Notes under the pieces: model-generated
What the model was told of the DNA's origin: nothing
Seen by the model: only the letters and a program-made list of their open reading frames with translations
Database searches by the model: none
Source: a virus
IMG/VR virus record: IMGVR_UViG_3300007255_000001
Coordinates: 1-64,000 of that record
Strand: one strand, 5' to 3'
DNA: 64,000 bases
Shown here: positions 36,148 through 44,289 of the stretch, piece after piece
Layout: the number at the start of each line of letters is the position of its first letter
How positions within the stretch are numbered: the stretch's first letter is position 1
Position numbers and translations under genes: made by a program

Positions 36148-37014
36148 TCACACCCGCAGCGGGAGCACGTCCCGGAACGCCTCATAGCCGATCTGGTGCG
36201 CCTGCTCCCAGAACCCGAAATCGCCGCCGGGGGTCTGCGCCTTGGCCCACGCCTGATAGCCCGGATCGCCGACCGCCGTCTGCCCGCCGTAGTGCCGGCA
36301 CCGGACTGGGAGATACCACGCCTCCCAGCCGGCCCGCGCGACGAGACAGCCGAGCGCGCCGTCGTAGAAGTGGTGCACGAAGCCGAGATTCTGTAGGGCG
36401 CTCCAGGGCCGTAGGGTGTCAGACGCCACCTGCCGAATCGTGTTGAACGGTGAGCCGTACGCGTGCCCCAGCCAGAACTCACGCCGCCCGATCTGGCTGA
36501 ACCCATCCAGACACACCACCCGCTCCGCCAGCAGGCTCCGCAGCCCATGCGTCTCGGCGTCGACGAGGTTGCTCCGGAAGCCCACCCGGGCGAGCTGCAT
36601 GGGGGTATACGGCGTGACATACAGATCCACGGCGCCCAGGCCGATCGCCCCGCCAAAGCCCGCCAGGCCCATCTGCGGCACCCGCTGGAAATAGGTCTGA
36701 ACTTTCTCGTCCCACCCGTGCTCCTGGATCTCCAGGTCGTCGTGGAAGCAGGCGATTACGTCGTAGGGCTCGGGCTCGCGGGCGCTGGCCGCCAGCGCAG
36801 CGTCGACGCCTTTGCGGAACGCCGGCACCGATCCCTGGTAATCCTCGGCGTAGAGCCAGAGAGTCGGCTGCGTGCCGATCTCGACGCGCTCGGGCCGGGT
36901 ACAGCCGTTCACGACGATGAACAGCCGGAGCGGCTGGCTGGCGCGCTCGACCCAACTCGTGAGGCAGCGGCGCGCCCGCTCCACATTGGTCGTTGCCGTG
37001 ACGATTGCGAGCAT
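36148..37014 (-). CDS. GT-A-like glycosyltransferase candidate
   Basis: 288 aa with N-terminal MLAIVTATTNVERARRCLTSW ... LFIVVNG ... CFHDDLEI (DxD-like). Confidence 0.45.
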   Translation of the reverse strand: MLAIVTATTNVERARRCLTSWVERASQPLRLFIVVNGCTRPERVEIGTQPTLWLYAEDYQGSVPAFRKGVDAALAASAREPEPYDVIACFHDDLEIQEHGWDEKVQTYFQRVPQMGLAGFGGAIGLGAVDLYVTPYTPMQLARVGFRSNLVDAETHGLRSLLAERVVCLDGFSQIGRREFWLGHAYGSPFNTIRQVASDTLRPWSALQNLGFVHHFYDGALGCLVARAGWEAWYLPVRCRHYGGQTAVGDPGYQAWAKAQTPGGDFGFWEQAHQIGYEAFRDVLPLRV

Positions 37015-37358
37015 TAGCGCTCCTGATCTCGGCTGGGCACCGGCACCGCCTCCAGCATCTTCACGGGGCTCGGCCCGGCTTCCTCCGCGGTCCGGACCCG
37101 GATGAACTCCGCATTCGGCTGCCCGCGGGTCGCCAGAAAGCTCGCGAACGCGCCGACGTGCACGAAGAGCTGATTCGCCGGCAGGTTCGGGTCGAGCGCC
37201 GCCTGAATCTTCTGTACGCGGAAGTAAATCGGCCCCCGCACATTCAGGATGATCTCGTCGCCTTCCTGCAGTGGCCGGCCGCGGGCGTCGAGGGTGGTCT
37301 GGTCCAACTCCATCGGAAACTCCTGACTCGCCGGATTCAATCGGGCGGCGCGGCCCAT
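37014..37358 (-). CDS. Hypothetical protein
   Basis: 114-aa ORF. Both ends overlap neighbouring genes by 1 nt (TGATG at the 5' end, TAATG at the 3' end). Confidence 0.5.
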   Translation of the reverse strand: MGRAARLNPASQEFPMELDQTTLDARGRPLQEGDEIILNVRGPIYFRVQKIQAALDPNLPANQLFVHVGAFASFLATRGQPNAEFIRVRTAEEAGPSPVKMLEAVPVPSRDQER

Positions 37359-37633
37359 CAGCTTCGACTCGGGTTGTTTCCCGGCCCCGTCACGCTCACG
37401 TGATCGACGAGCTGGTACTCACTGCGGGTCAACTCCGGGTACTGGTCAATCGTCGCGATCAGGAAATCCCGGATCGTGCGGAGGTGGTGTCCGTGGAAAT
37501 GGACGACGTACTGGCCGCACACGGGGCAATCGATCGCAATGTCGACGACGACGAGGCGACCGCCCGCCCCGGGATACTCGATCATCACCGAGCGGCAATC
37601 CACGCGCGCTTGGTGCTTCTCAGGTTCGCTCAT
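37358..37633 (-). CDS. Small Cys/His protein
   Basis: The ATG at 37633 has an ATGA overlap with the GT4 stop. 91 aa with CPVCGQYVVHFHGHH. The 525-aa track ORF upstream of this ATG was rejected. Confidence 0.5.
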   Translation of the reverse strand: MSEPEKHQARVDCRSVMIEYPGAGGRLVVVDIAIDCPVCGQYVVHFHGHHLRTIRDFLIATIDQYPELTRSEYQLVDHVSVTGPGNNPSRS

Positions 37634-38790
37634 AACCCCGCCTGAATCCAGCTCCGCCACCGCGGCCAGAGCGCGTCCCAACTCAGATGCGCCACCGCGC
37701 CACGGCAATAGGCCGCCGCAGTCGCCGCCCCCACCTGCTGCACCCACTGCAGCACCCGCTCGATCGCATTCGCGACGTCCTCGGGCCGGAACACCGGCCG
37801 CTGCAGCGCGTAGATTCCCTCCAGTCGCACCTCGCGCACGGGAAAGCGCCACTCGATCTTCGGGACGAGTTCCTGGCCGCCCCCGAACTCTCCATGGACG
37901 ACTGGGGTGCCACTCGCCAGACTCTCGACGATCGGGTAGCCGAACCCTTCGCCGAGCCCAGGGGCGACCGTCACGGCGCAGCGCTGATAGAGGAGTGCGA
38001 GCTCGCGATCCGTATACGTCTTCGTACTCACCGTCACCCGCCGCCCCAGCCCGCAATCCTCGACGAGCTGCACGATGCTCCAAGCCTTCACCAGGACGTC
38101 GGTGTGCAGCCAGCCGTAGACCGGATAGCCCCGAGCCTTCAACTCCGCGAGCGCCCCGAAGAACAGACTCAGATCCTTCCGCGGCTGGTTCGTGGCGACG
38201 CAGCCGATCACCAGATCGCCCTGCTTCACCTGCGGGCCGAGCTGCGCGGTGACCCACGCCTCTTCCTCGCCGCCGGCGATTGGGCGGTAGCTCTCCAGGT
38301 CGAGCCCGTGCGGGAGATAGCTCACCGCGTCGTCCCGCCGGGTCTTTACAATCGTGCTGGCCCACCGCCCGTACGCTACGACGCGATCCACTATCGCAAT
38401 CGCCTCCCCGGCCGGCCCGCCGATCGACCCGACCCGGTTGGGCGCATCGATCGCCGGGTAGCTCCAGATCCGCACCGGGAGCGTCGTCCGCTGGTACGCC
38501 GCGAGCCGCGCCGGATCCCAGATCAGCCAGAGCACTCCAGGCTGCCGCTGGAACGTGTCCGTCCAGCACGCCTCCACGTACGCCGCTCCCCAATCGTCGT
38601 TCCGCTCCATCTCGCCCATCGGGAGGTGTGGCCATGCTCGCCACCCGGGGAGGGGTGGCCCGCCGACCGACGCGAGCTCGATGGGCAGATCGCTCTCGTG
38701 CATCCGCTGCCCGAGATCCCGGAGGATCCGCCCGAGTCCGGTCGCTTCCTGCGGGCCATCGCCGACGAGGAGGAGCGGGGTCCGGATCAC
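37630..38790 (-). CDS. Glycosyltransferase family 4 (GT-B, retaining type)
   Basis: 386 aa with the C-terminal signature GLGEGFGYPIVESLASGTPVV (E-x7-E). GTGA overlap at the start. Confidence 0.75.
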   Translation of the reverse strand: MIRTPLLLVGDGPQEATGLGRILRDLGQRMHESDLPIELASVGGPPLPGWRAWPHLPMGEMERNDDWGAAYVEACWTDTFQRQPGVLWLIWDPARLAAYQRTTLPVRIWSYPAIDAPNRVGSIGGPAGEAIAIVDRVVAYGRWASTIVKTRRDDAVSYLPHGLDLESYRPIAGGEEEAWVTAQLGPQVKQGDLVIGCVATNQPRKDLSLFFGALAELKARGYPVYGWLHTDVLVKAWSIVQLVEDCGLGRRVTVSTKTYTDRELALLYQRCAVTVAPGLGEGFGYPIVESLASGTPVVHGEFGGGQELVPKIEWRFPVREVRLEGIYALQRPVFRPEDVANAIERVLQWVQQVGAATAAAYCRGAVAHLSWDALWPRWRSWIQAGL

Positions 38791-39131
38791 GGCTGTCCGA
38801 GGGGCAGCACGGGCTGATCCGCGCCCTCAGCGGCCCGCTGCGCGTCGTACTCCTCCGGCGGCGGCCCTTCGACCGGGGCCGTATCGACCACCGCCTCCAA
38901 CCGATCGAGCCGATCGCGCAGCGCGCGGAGATCACCCGCGATCCCCTGCAGCTCTTCGCGCGTCGCGGTCCGGAGCGTCCGCACCGCTTCGCGCGTCTCG
39001 CGGAGACTCCGCATCACCGTCTCCGCTTTCGGGCCGCCGGCCGACGGCGGGGTCGGGGTGACGACCCGGCGCGCCTTCTTCACGGCTTTTCGCCGGGGTG
39101 TCCAACGACTCACCGCTTTCCGTGTCGTCAT
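38787..39131 (-). CDS. Hypothetical coiled-coil protein
   Basis: 114-aa ORF with an ATGA overlap at the start, a basic N-terminus and a heptad-like region LRALRDRLDRLEAVV. Confidence 0.5.
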   Translation of the reverse strand: MTTRKAVSRWTPRRKAVKKARRVVTPTPPSAGGPKAETVMRSLRETREAVRTLRTATREELQGIAGDLRALRDRLDRLEAVVDTAPVEGPPPEEYDAQRAAEGADQPVLPLGQP

Positions 39132-39412
39132 GAGGGTTGTGGTGCCTCCTCGCCGCTGAGCGGCGCTAATGCCGGCTGGACCCCCGCCGGCCGGGCCTGC
39201 TGCACCGAGGGTGACGCCTTCTTCCCCGCCGCTGCGGCGAGAGGCGGCTGCGGCTTCTTCCCCGCCCCACTCGCGACCGGCTTGGTCGCGGGGGGCTGCC
39301 GCTTGCGCACCAGCGCCGTCGCAATGTCGAGCACCACGTTGGCGCCTTCAAGGGGTGCGGTTTCAAAGTACCGTAGGACGGCGGCGGCTCCGAGATCCCG
39401 TTTCCGAGGCAT
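39128..39412 (-). CDS. Hypothetical protein with Pro/Ala/Lys-rich C-terminus
   Basis: 94-aa ORF, first gene after a 38-nt gap. Confidence 0.45.
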   Translation of the reverse strand: MPRKRDLGAAAVLRYFETAPLEGANVVLDIATALVRKRQPPATKPVASGAGKKPQPPLAAAAGKKASPSVQQARPAGVQPALAPLSGEEAPQPS

Positions 39413-39450
39413 GACTGACGACTCACTTTCTGATCAGGCGTGGGGTGTAG

Positions 39451-40113
39451 TTACGGTCTGATGTTGTCGAGATTCGCGAAGCACCGCAGGAGCGCGCCGC
39501 ACTGGCAGGTAATCTGGGTCGTCACGTTCCCGCTCGCATCCTTCCCGCCGTTGGGGACGTCTTCCTGATAGTACGCGTTGTCGCAGCCCTTCCGTCCTTC
39601 GACCTCGCGGACCTGCCCGGCGGGGTCGAGCACGCGGATGTTGCGATCCTTGCTGCATTTCCAGGAGTAGCGGATGTCGGCGCCAAACTCCTTGCCGGCC
39701 TGCTGCTTCATCAGCTCGATGTAGGCTTTGTTGCTCGGGGGCTTCTGTTTGAACCCGAGGGCGCGGAGGATGTAGTCCATGTCGCTGGCGATGACGCCGC
39801 CCTTCCCCCGGTTGCGCTCCTCGTTGGAGACGCGGGTTTCGAAGGGCTCATTGTTGTAGCGTCCGCCCACCGACTGCACGATCTGCAGCGGGTGGTCGCG
39901 ATCGAAGATGGCCCGCACGCGCTGGGGTGGCACCTTGCTCGGGGTGTCATAGACGTCCCAGATCGTGTTCAGGTCCGTCGGTAGCTTGAACCGGAAGGGT
40001 CCGGGCTGCGGCGGTTCGCGGAAGGTCCCGAATTCCGGCAGGTCGGAGAGGTCCTGCCCGGCGGTGGGCAATGGTTCATCCTTGAGTCCGAGCTCTTGTA
40101 AACTTTTTCCCAT
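39451..40113 (-). CDS. Hypothetical protein with N-terminal MGKSLQELGLKDEP motif
   Basis: 220 aa with AAGGAG 8 nt upstream of the ATG and a C-terminal Cys cluster (C ... CQC ... C). Confidence 0.6.
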   Translation of the reverse strand: MGKSLQELGLKDEPLPTAGQDLSDLPEFGTFREPPQPGPFRFKLPTDLNTIWDVYDTPSKVPPQRVRAIFDRDHPLQIVQSVGGRYNNEPFETRVSNEERNRGKGGVIASDMDYILRALGFKQKPPSNKAYIELMKQQAGKEFGADIRYSWKCSKDRNIRVLDPAGQVREVEGRKGCDNAYYQEDVPNGGKDASGNVTTQITCQCGALLRCFANLDNIRP

Positions 40114-40158
40114 ACAACGACTCCTTCTAAAACGACTTTACGAACTGGACGACTACGT

Positions 40159-41784
40159 TTAAGTCCCAGGCAGCCGCGCCGGAGGTCGCATCCCCGGCGG
40201 CGGGGGCGCGGTGGTCCCGCGGGGTGCGCCCATCACCGGCGGGCCAGCCGTTGGCGCAGGGCCGGCGGTCTGCAGCGACGGTGGCGACGGCGCTACGGTC
40301 TGTACCGGAGGCGTCGGTGCCGCAGGTGGGGTCGGGGGCGGAGTCGCGACGGTCGTCACGGGCACCCCTGCGCCTCCATTGGCCCGCCGTCGCGGACGCG
40401 GGGTGGGGGCGACCGGCGGAGCCGCCGCGGCCGGGGCCGACGCGGGCGGTGCCGGAGCCGTCGGTGCCGGGGTAGGGATCGTCGACTCCGCCGGAGTCTG
40501 AGGCGGCGCCGGGATCGGCGCAGGCGCGGTCTGGACCGCCGGCAGCGCCGCCAGTGGTCGCGGCCCCATCACCGGAATCCCCGCCCCGGCCGCCGCCATC
40601 GGCACCGCGGCCGGCTGCTGAATCGTGAAGGTCTCGCCGTACTCCATGTACTCACTCGGGATCCCGGGGGCGTTCGGGAGCTCCTCGCGAAGCTTGCGTC
40701 GCAGATCTTCATCGAGCTGCTTGAACACGTACCCGAGATTGACCTGGGTGAAGGGTTGATGGGTCTCGATCGGCGGATCGAGCAGCTTGTCGGGCAGGCC
40801 CATCGAGGACGCCGACGTCTTCAACAGATGTCGGCGGTTCTGCGCATCGGTGAACGGCCGCAAGTAGATCGCGAAGTGCTTCCGGTTGGTGTCGTCGGTC
40901 TCCTGCCCCGTCTCGAACACATTGCCGAACCATGCGCTCGCCTCATCGGTCGCCGCCCGTCCCGGCAGCTTGGCGCCGACGATCGCGAGGCCGCCTTCAT
41001 CGGAGGCCTCCATGGTCAGCGCGGTGAAGACGGGGCCTTCCACCAAGTAGGGGATCGACAGCGAATTCATCACGAAGCGCTGCGCGCGGGTCTGACTGAA
41101 GCCCACGTCGGCCCGATTGTTCCCGCCGAACTTCAGGCCGCCGCTCGACACCACCCCGCCAAAGGCTGCCTTCTCCCCGCCGATCTGTCCGGCACCGCGC
41201 TGCAGGTCCATGTGATCCATGACGCTATCGGCCATGCTGGTCAGGCCGTCGAAGCCGACCCCGCCCACCATCTCGAAGCCGTTCGTGCGCGTGGCGATCT
41301 CCAGCACCTGGAGATCCGGCTGTCCGACGAATTGGTTACACGGCGGACAGAACATCGGCACGACCAGACTCCGGCTCGGGACGGTCGCGAGCAGGTGCTG
41401 CTGCGGACAGCGCACCTCGTACTTCGTCGTCACCGGCGGCACGAGCTCCACCGCCGGAGACGTCTCCCCGGTCTCAGCGTTGATCCGCCGGGGCCAATGC
41501 CCACGGCTCGCGAGGTACAGCGTTTCCAGCGCGAGCCCCTCCCCGCTGCGCGTGCGCGCCCGCCAGAAGCGAATCAGCCCCTGCCGCATCCGCTGCTGCA
41601 CGTCGGTCGGGATCGCCCCGCCGTCCCAGGAGTAGAGCAGCAGGATCTTCCCGAAGGTCTCCCAGAGGTACTCCGCAAAGGTTTTGAACAGCGAGGTCTT
41701 GCCGCTGCCCGGGATCCCCATGACGAGCGTCGCGGTGAAGAGGCGGCGCACCGGGGCGGGCGTCGCGGCGGTCGGGTCAGTCAT
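40159..41784 (-). CDS. P-loop ATPase (AAA_24/Sak4-like recombination ATPase candidate) with a long Pro/Ala-rich tail
   Basis: The ATG at 41784 has an ATGA overlap. Walker A is MGIPGSGKTS, with an inserted CPQQH ... CPPC ribbon. The C-terminal ~150 aa are almost only P/A/T/V. The track start at 42084 was rejected. Confidence 0.55.
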   Translation of the reverse strand: MTDPTAATPAPVRRLFTATLVMGIPGSGKTSLFKTFAEYLWETFGKILLLYSWDGGAIPTDVQQRMRQGLIRFWRARTRSGEGLALETLYLASRGHWPRRINAETGETSPAVELVPPVTTKYEVRCPQQHLLATVPSRSLVVPMFCPPCNQFVGQPDLQVLEIATRTNGFEMVGGVGFDGLTSMADSVMDHMDLQRGAGQIGGEKAAFGGVVSSGGLKFGGNNRADVGFSQTRAQRFVMNSLSIPYLVEGPVFTALTMEASDEGGLAIVGAKLPGRAATDEASAWFGNVFETGQETDDTNRKHFAIYLRPFTDAQNRRHLLKTSASSMGLPDKLLDPPIETHQPFTQVNLGYVFKQLDEDLRRKLREELPNAPGIPSEYMEYGETFTIQQPAAVPMAAAGAGIPVMGPRPLAALPAVQTAPAPIPAPPQTPAESTIPTPAPTAPAPPASAPAAAAPPVAPTPRPRRRANGGAGVPVTTVATPPPTPPAAPTPPVQTVAPSPPSLQTAGPAPTAGPPVMGAPRGTTAPPPPGMRPPARLPGT

Positions 41785-42413
41785 AACGTCTCCTGCAATT
41801 GTCGGATGAGGGCAGTCACTTCGTCGGGGGAACACCATTCGCCGAGGCCGATCTCCTCCGGATCCTGCGCCAGCACCTGATCGCGAAAGAGCTCCAACGC
41901 GGCGATGATCGTGCGCGTCGGCTTCCCTTCTGGCGGCAGATCGCCGACGGCGCTCGGCAGTGGCGCTGGACTCGTCGCCCGCCGCTGCTGGCGCTGCGCC
42001 CCGGCGATCCAGCCCGCGAGGTACGCCTCGTAGAGAAGGGGACTCAGCTTGCGGATCCCCGCGGGATTGAGATCCTCGGCACACCGTGCGCTGAGCCAGA
42101 CCTCGAATGGGACTCGTGTCATGTGGACAGGCACGGGCTCCACGTCAGGCTCCGCCATCCGCTGAGCCGGCGGCGCGACACCGACGTGATAGCCCGGCTT
42201 CCCACTCCCGCAGTGCACGCAGCCGTCTTCGAGCCGGCCGACATTCTCGACGCGGCACGCCGGGCACTTCCACGGCGGCTGGGCCTGCGCCTCCGGCCCG
42301 GTGTAATGGCCGGCGGTGCTCAGATCAATCGTCCCCTGCGCCGTGTCCCAAGTCTCGGAACCCTCGGCGGTCTCGCGGACGAGGGGCGGAGGCGTGAAGC
42401 GATCCGGCATCAC
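41781..42413 (-). CDS. Zinc-ribbon protein
   Basis: 210 aa with CPACR ... CVHCG. Start coupled to the upstream stop. Confidence 0.5.
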   Translation of the reverse strand: MMPDRFTPPPLVRETAEGSETWDTAQGTIDLSTAGHYTGPEAQAQPPWKCPACRVENVGRLEDGCVHCGSGKPGYHVGVAPPAQRMAEPDVEPVPVHMTRVPFEVWLSARCAEDLNPAGIRKLSPLLYEAYLAGWIAGAQRQQRRATSPAPLPSAVGDLPPEGKPTRTIIAALELFRDQVLAQDPEEIGLGEWCSPDEVTALIRQLQETL

Positions 42414-43813
42414 TCCTCCTCCACTAGCTCCGCCTCACTCGGGAGCAGCCCGCGCCCGATGGCCTGCTGTCCCTCCGGCGCGTGGTGCGGCAGCCGCGGG
42501 ACGTAGTGGCCGCTGCCGATCGGATCCTGCCAGCCTTCGTGCCGGTGACAGATCCCGTAGAACTCGCACTGCGCCTCTTTGCCAAACGGCCGGCAGTTCC
42601 AACTCCGGGGCACGAGCTGATCGAGCGTCGCCTGAAATTCCGCAGTCGCCCACGGGGTTGACTGCTGGAGCTCGTACAGATCCCAGAGCGTCCGCTGCCA
42701 CGCCTGCTCCTCTCCGATGATCGAATTGCGGAGGCTCTGGATCTGCACATCCTGCCGATCCATCGGGCCGAGCATGAAGCAGACCTTGTCCAGCACGCTC
42801 GCCGGCAGGAGGCGGACCCAGAGTTCCTCGGGGGTGAGCTGCGGATCCTGCGACGCGTAGGCCCGCCACGACGGCCAGTCACTCGTCGCGAGCTCCCACA
42901 CGCCGGTGCGCCGATGCGTGCGAGGCGCGCGCCTCACTTCGCCCTGGTCGTCGATCCATTCATACGCGGGCAACCAGTCGTCCGCCGCGAGGGGCGGATT
43001 GCCGGGACGACGATAGCCGTAGCAGAGGCTCGTCGTCTGCTTGCGCCGCCCGTCCGGCTCAGTCTTGTCCCGCCGCCGTGCGCCTTTGTTCAGTCCGAGG
43101 ATGTAGAGCTCGGTGACCTCCGCGCCGAGATCGAGCGGCACATCGATCGTGCCGAGCCCGAGCTGCGGATCGCCTTCCCACTGCTCCGCCCAGGCGTCAC
43201 TGTCCCAGCCGGTCGTCTTCGCTTCGAGGTACGCGCAGGTGGTCCCGCCGCGGCGCATCCCGAGGAGATCGTTCTTCAGCATGAGCCCGATGCCCGCGCA
43301 GCCTCGCGCCTCGTGCGCCGCGTGATCGAGCGGGCCGGCGCCGCAGGTGCAGGCGAGCATCGAGACCCGTTCCTGCTCCACGAGGAGCAGCCGGAAGTGC
43401 TCGTGCAGCCAGGGAATGAGCTTCAGGCGAGTCGCCCAGAGCAGCCCCGAGATCAGCACCGACTGCTCGGTGATGGTCTCATCGGTGTGCGGACCGCCGA
43501 GGATCCCGCGAAACCCGCGCGCCTCGACGCGGGCAAGATATTGCCCGCGCACGTCCGCAATGATCGCGCGGGTCTCCTCCAAGGTGGGCTGGCGATCGGC
43601 GAGCTGCAGGATCCTGCAGAGCGCTTCGAGTCCGCGGTGGTAGTAGATCCCGGTGGCAAGCGGGAGACTGTCACTCCGGTGGGTGATCCCATACCCGGTC
43701 GGCCCCCAGTGGTACCCGAGATAGCGGGCCATCTTGCAGCGGCCCGTGCCGAGCCGGTACCGGGAGCGATCCGTGTACCACATCAGACTCGCGCTGGCGT
43801 CGGGGGCCGCCAT
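42410..43813 (-). CDS. PD-(D/E)XK nuclease of the Cas4/RecB type with a probable Fe-S Cys cluster
   Basis: 467 aa. It has an N-terminal Cys (GRCKMARYL), LVEQE and YLEAKT (D/E-x-K-like) motifs, and a C-terminal C-x9-C-x5-C (NCRPFGKEAQCEFYGIC). Confidence 0.6.
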   Translation of the reverse strand: MAAPDASASLMWYTDRSRYRLGTGRCKMARYLGYHWGPTGYGITHRSDSLPLATGIYYHRGLEALCRILQLADRQPTLEETRAIIADVRGQYLARVEARGFRGILGGPHTDETITEQSVLISGLLWATRLKLIPWLHEHFRLLLVEQERVSMLACTCGAGPLDHAAHEARGCAGIGLMLKNDLLGMRRGGTTCAYLEAKTTGWDSDAWAEQWEGDPQLGLGTIDVPLDLGAEVTELYILGLNKGARRRDKTEPDGRRKQTTSLCYGYRRPGNPPLAADDWLPAYEWIDDQGEVRRAPRTHRRTGVWELATSDWPSWRAYASQDPQLTPEELWVRLLPASVLDKVCFMLGPMDRQDVQIQSLRNSIIGEEQAWQRTLWDLYELQQSTPWATAEFQATLDQLVPRSWNCRPFGKEAQCEFYGICHRHEGWQDPIGSGHYVPRLPHHAPEGQQAIGRGLLPSEAELVEEE

Positions 43814-43825
43814 TCGGATCCCTCC

Positions 43826-44077
43826 TCACCGGCGTGCCGTCGTGAAATAGCGACGGGCCGCCGGGTCCTGCTGCCGATTCTCCAGCCATGCTTTCGCGGC
43901 CCGCCCGCAGAATCGCGGGTGGCCGGGCGCGTCCAGTTGCACGATCCCGGGGTGGCTGTGCGCGCGCCGATACTGGTCAATCTGCCAGCGGCTATAGCCG
44001 GTCAGCGCCATCAGATCGTGCAACGTCAGCACGTACGGGATCGGATCTCCGACGTGGTAGCGCTGGTCGTCCGTCAT
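43826..44077 (-). CDS. Excisionase/AlpA-like HTH protein candidate
   Basis: The ATG at 44077 has an ATGA overlap. 83 aa with an HTH-like LTLHDLMALTGYSRWQIDQY. Confidence 0.45.
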   Translation of the reverse strand: MTDDQRYHVGDPIPYVLTLHDLMALTGYSRWQIDQYRRAHSHPGIVQLDAPGHPRFCGRAAKAWLENRQQDPAARRYFTTARR

Positions 44078-44289
44078 GCGGTCACCTTGCGCCGCCGCGG
44101 GCGTTTCGGGGTCCGGTTCTCCAGGTAGCGGCGAATTTTGTGCAGGGTACGGTCCCACGTCTGGCGCTGAGGCTTGTTGATGACGCGGTAGAGCACGCTC
44201 GCGCCAATGCCGATCTGCCCCGCGAGTTCGCTGTAGGACAGATCCTCGTCGAGCCGGATCCGGTTCAGCTCCGTCAGCAGTTCATTCAT
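44074..44289 (-). CDS. Cro-like HTH regulator
   Basis: ATG at 44289, 71 aa with the HTH LSYSELAGQIGIGASVLYRVI. It is the first gene of the leftward operon and is divergent from a cI-like gene. Confidence 0.6.
   Translation of the reverse strand: MNELLTELNRIRLDEDLSYSELAGQIGIGASVLYRVINKPQRQTWDRTLHKIRRYLENRTPKRPRRRKVTA

Noticed and set aside
37358-38935. 525-aa minus-strand ORF overlapping the GT4 gene
   Set aside because: Only its last 91 codons, from the ATG at 37633 (ATGA-coupled), look like protein. The rest is an Arg/Gly/Ala-rich alternate frame of the GT4 gene, which has a clear E-x7-E signature.
40159-42084. 641-aa version of the ATPase gene starting at 42084
   Set aside because: The first 100 codons overlap the 41781-42413 gene in another frame and look like Arg/Ala/Gly filler. 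The ATG at 41784 makes an ATGA overlap and places the Walker A motif about 25 aa from the N-terminus.
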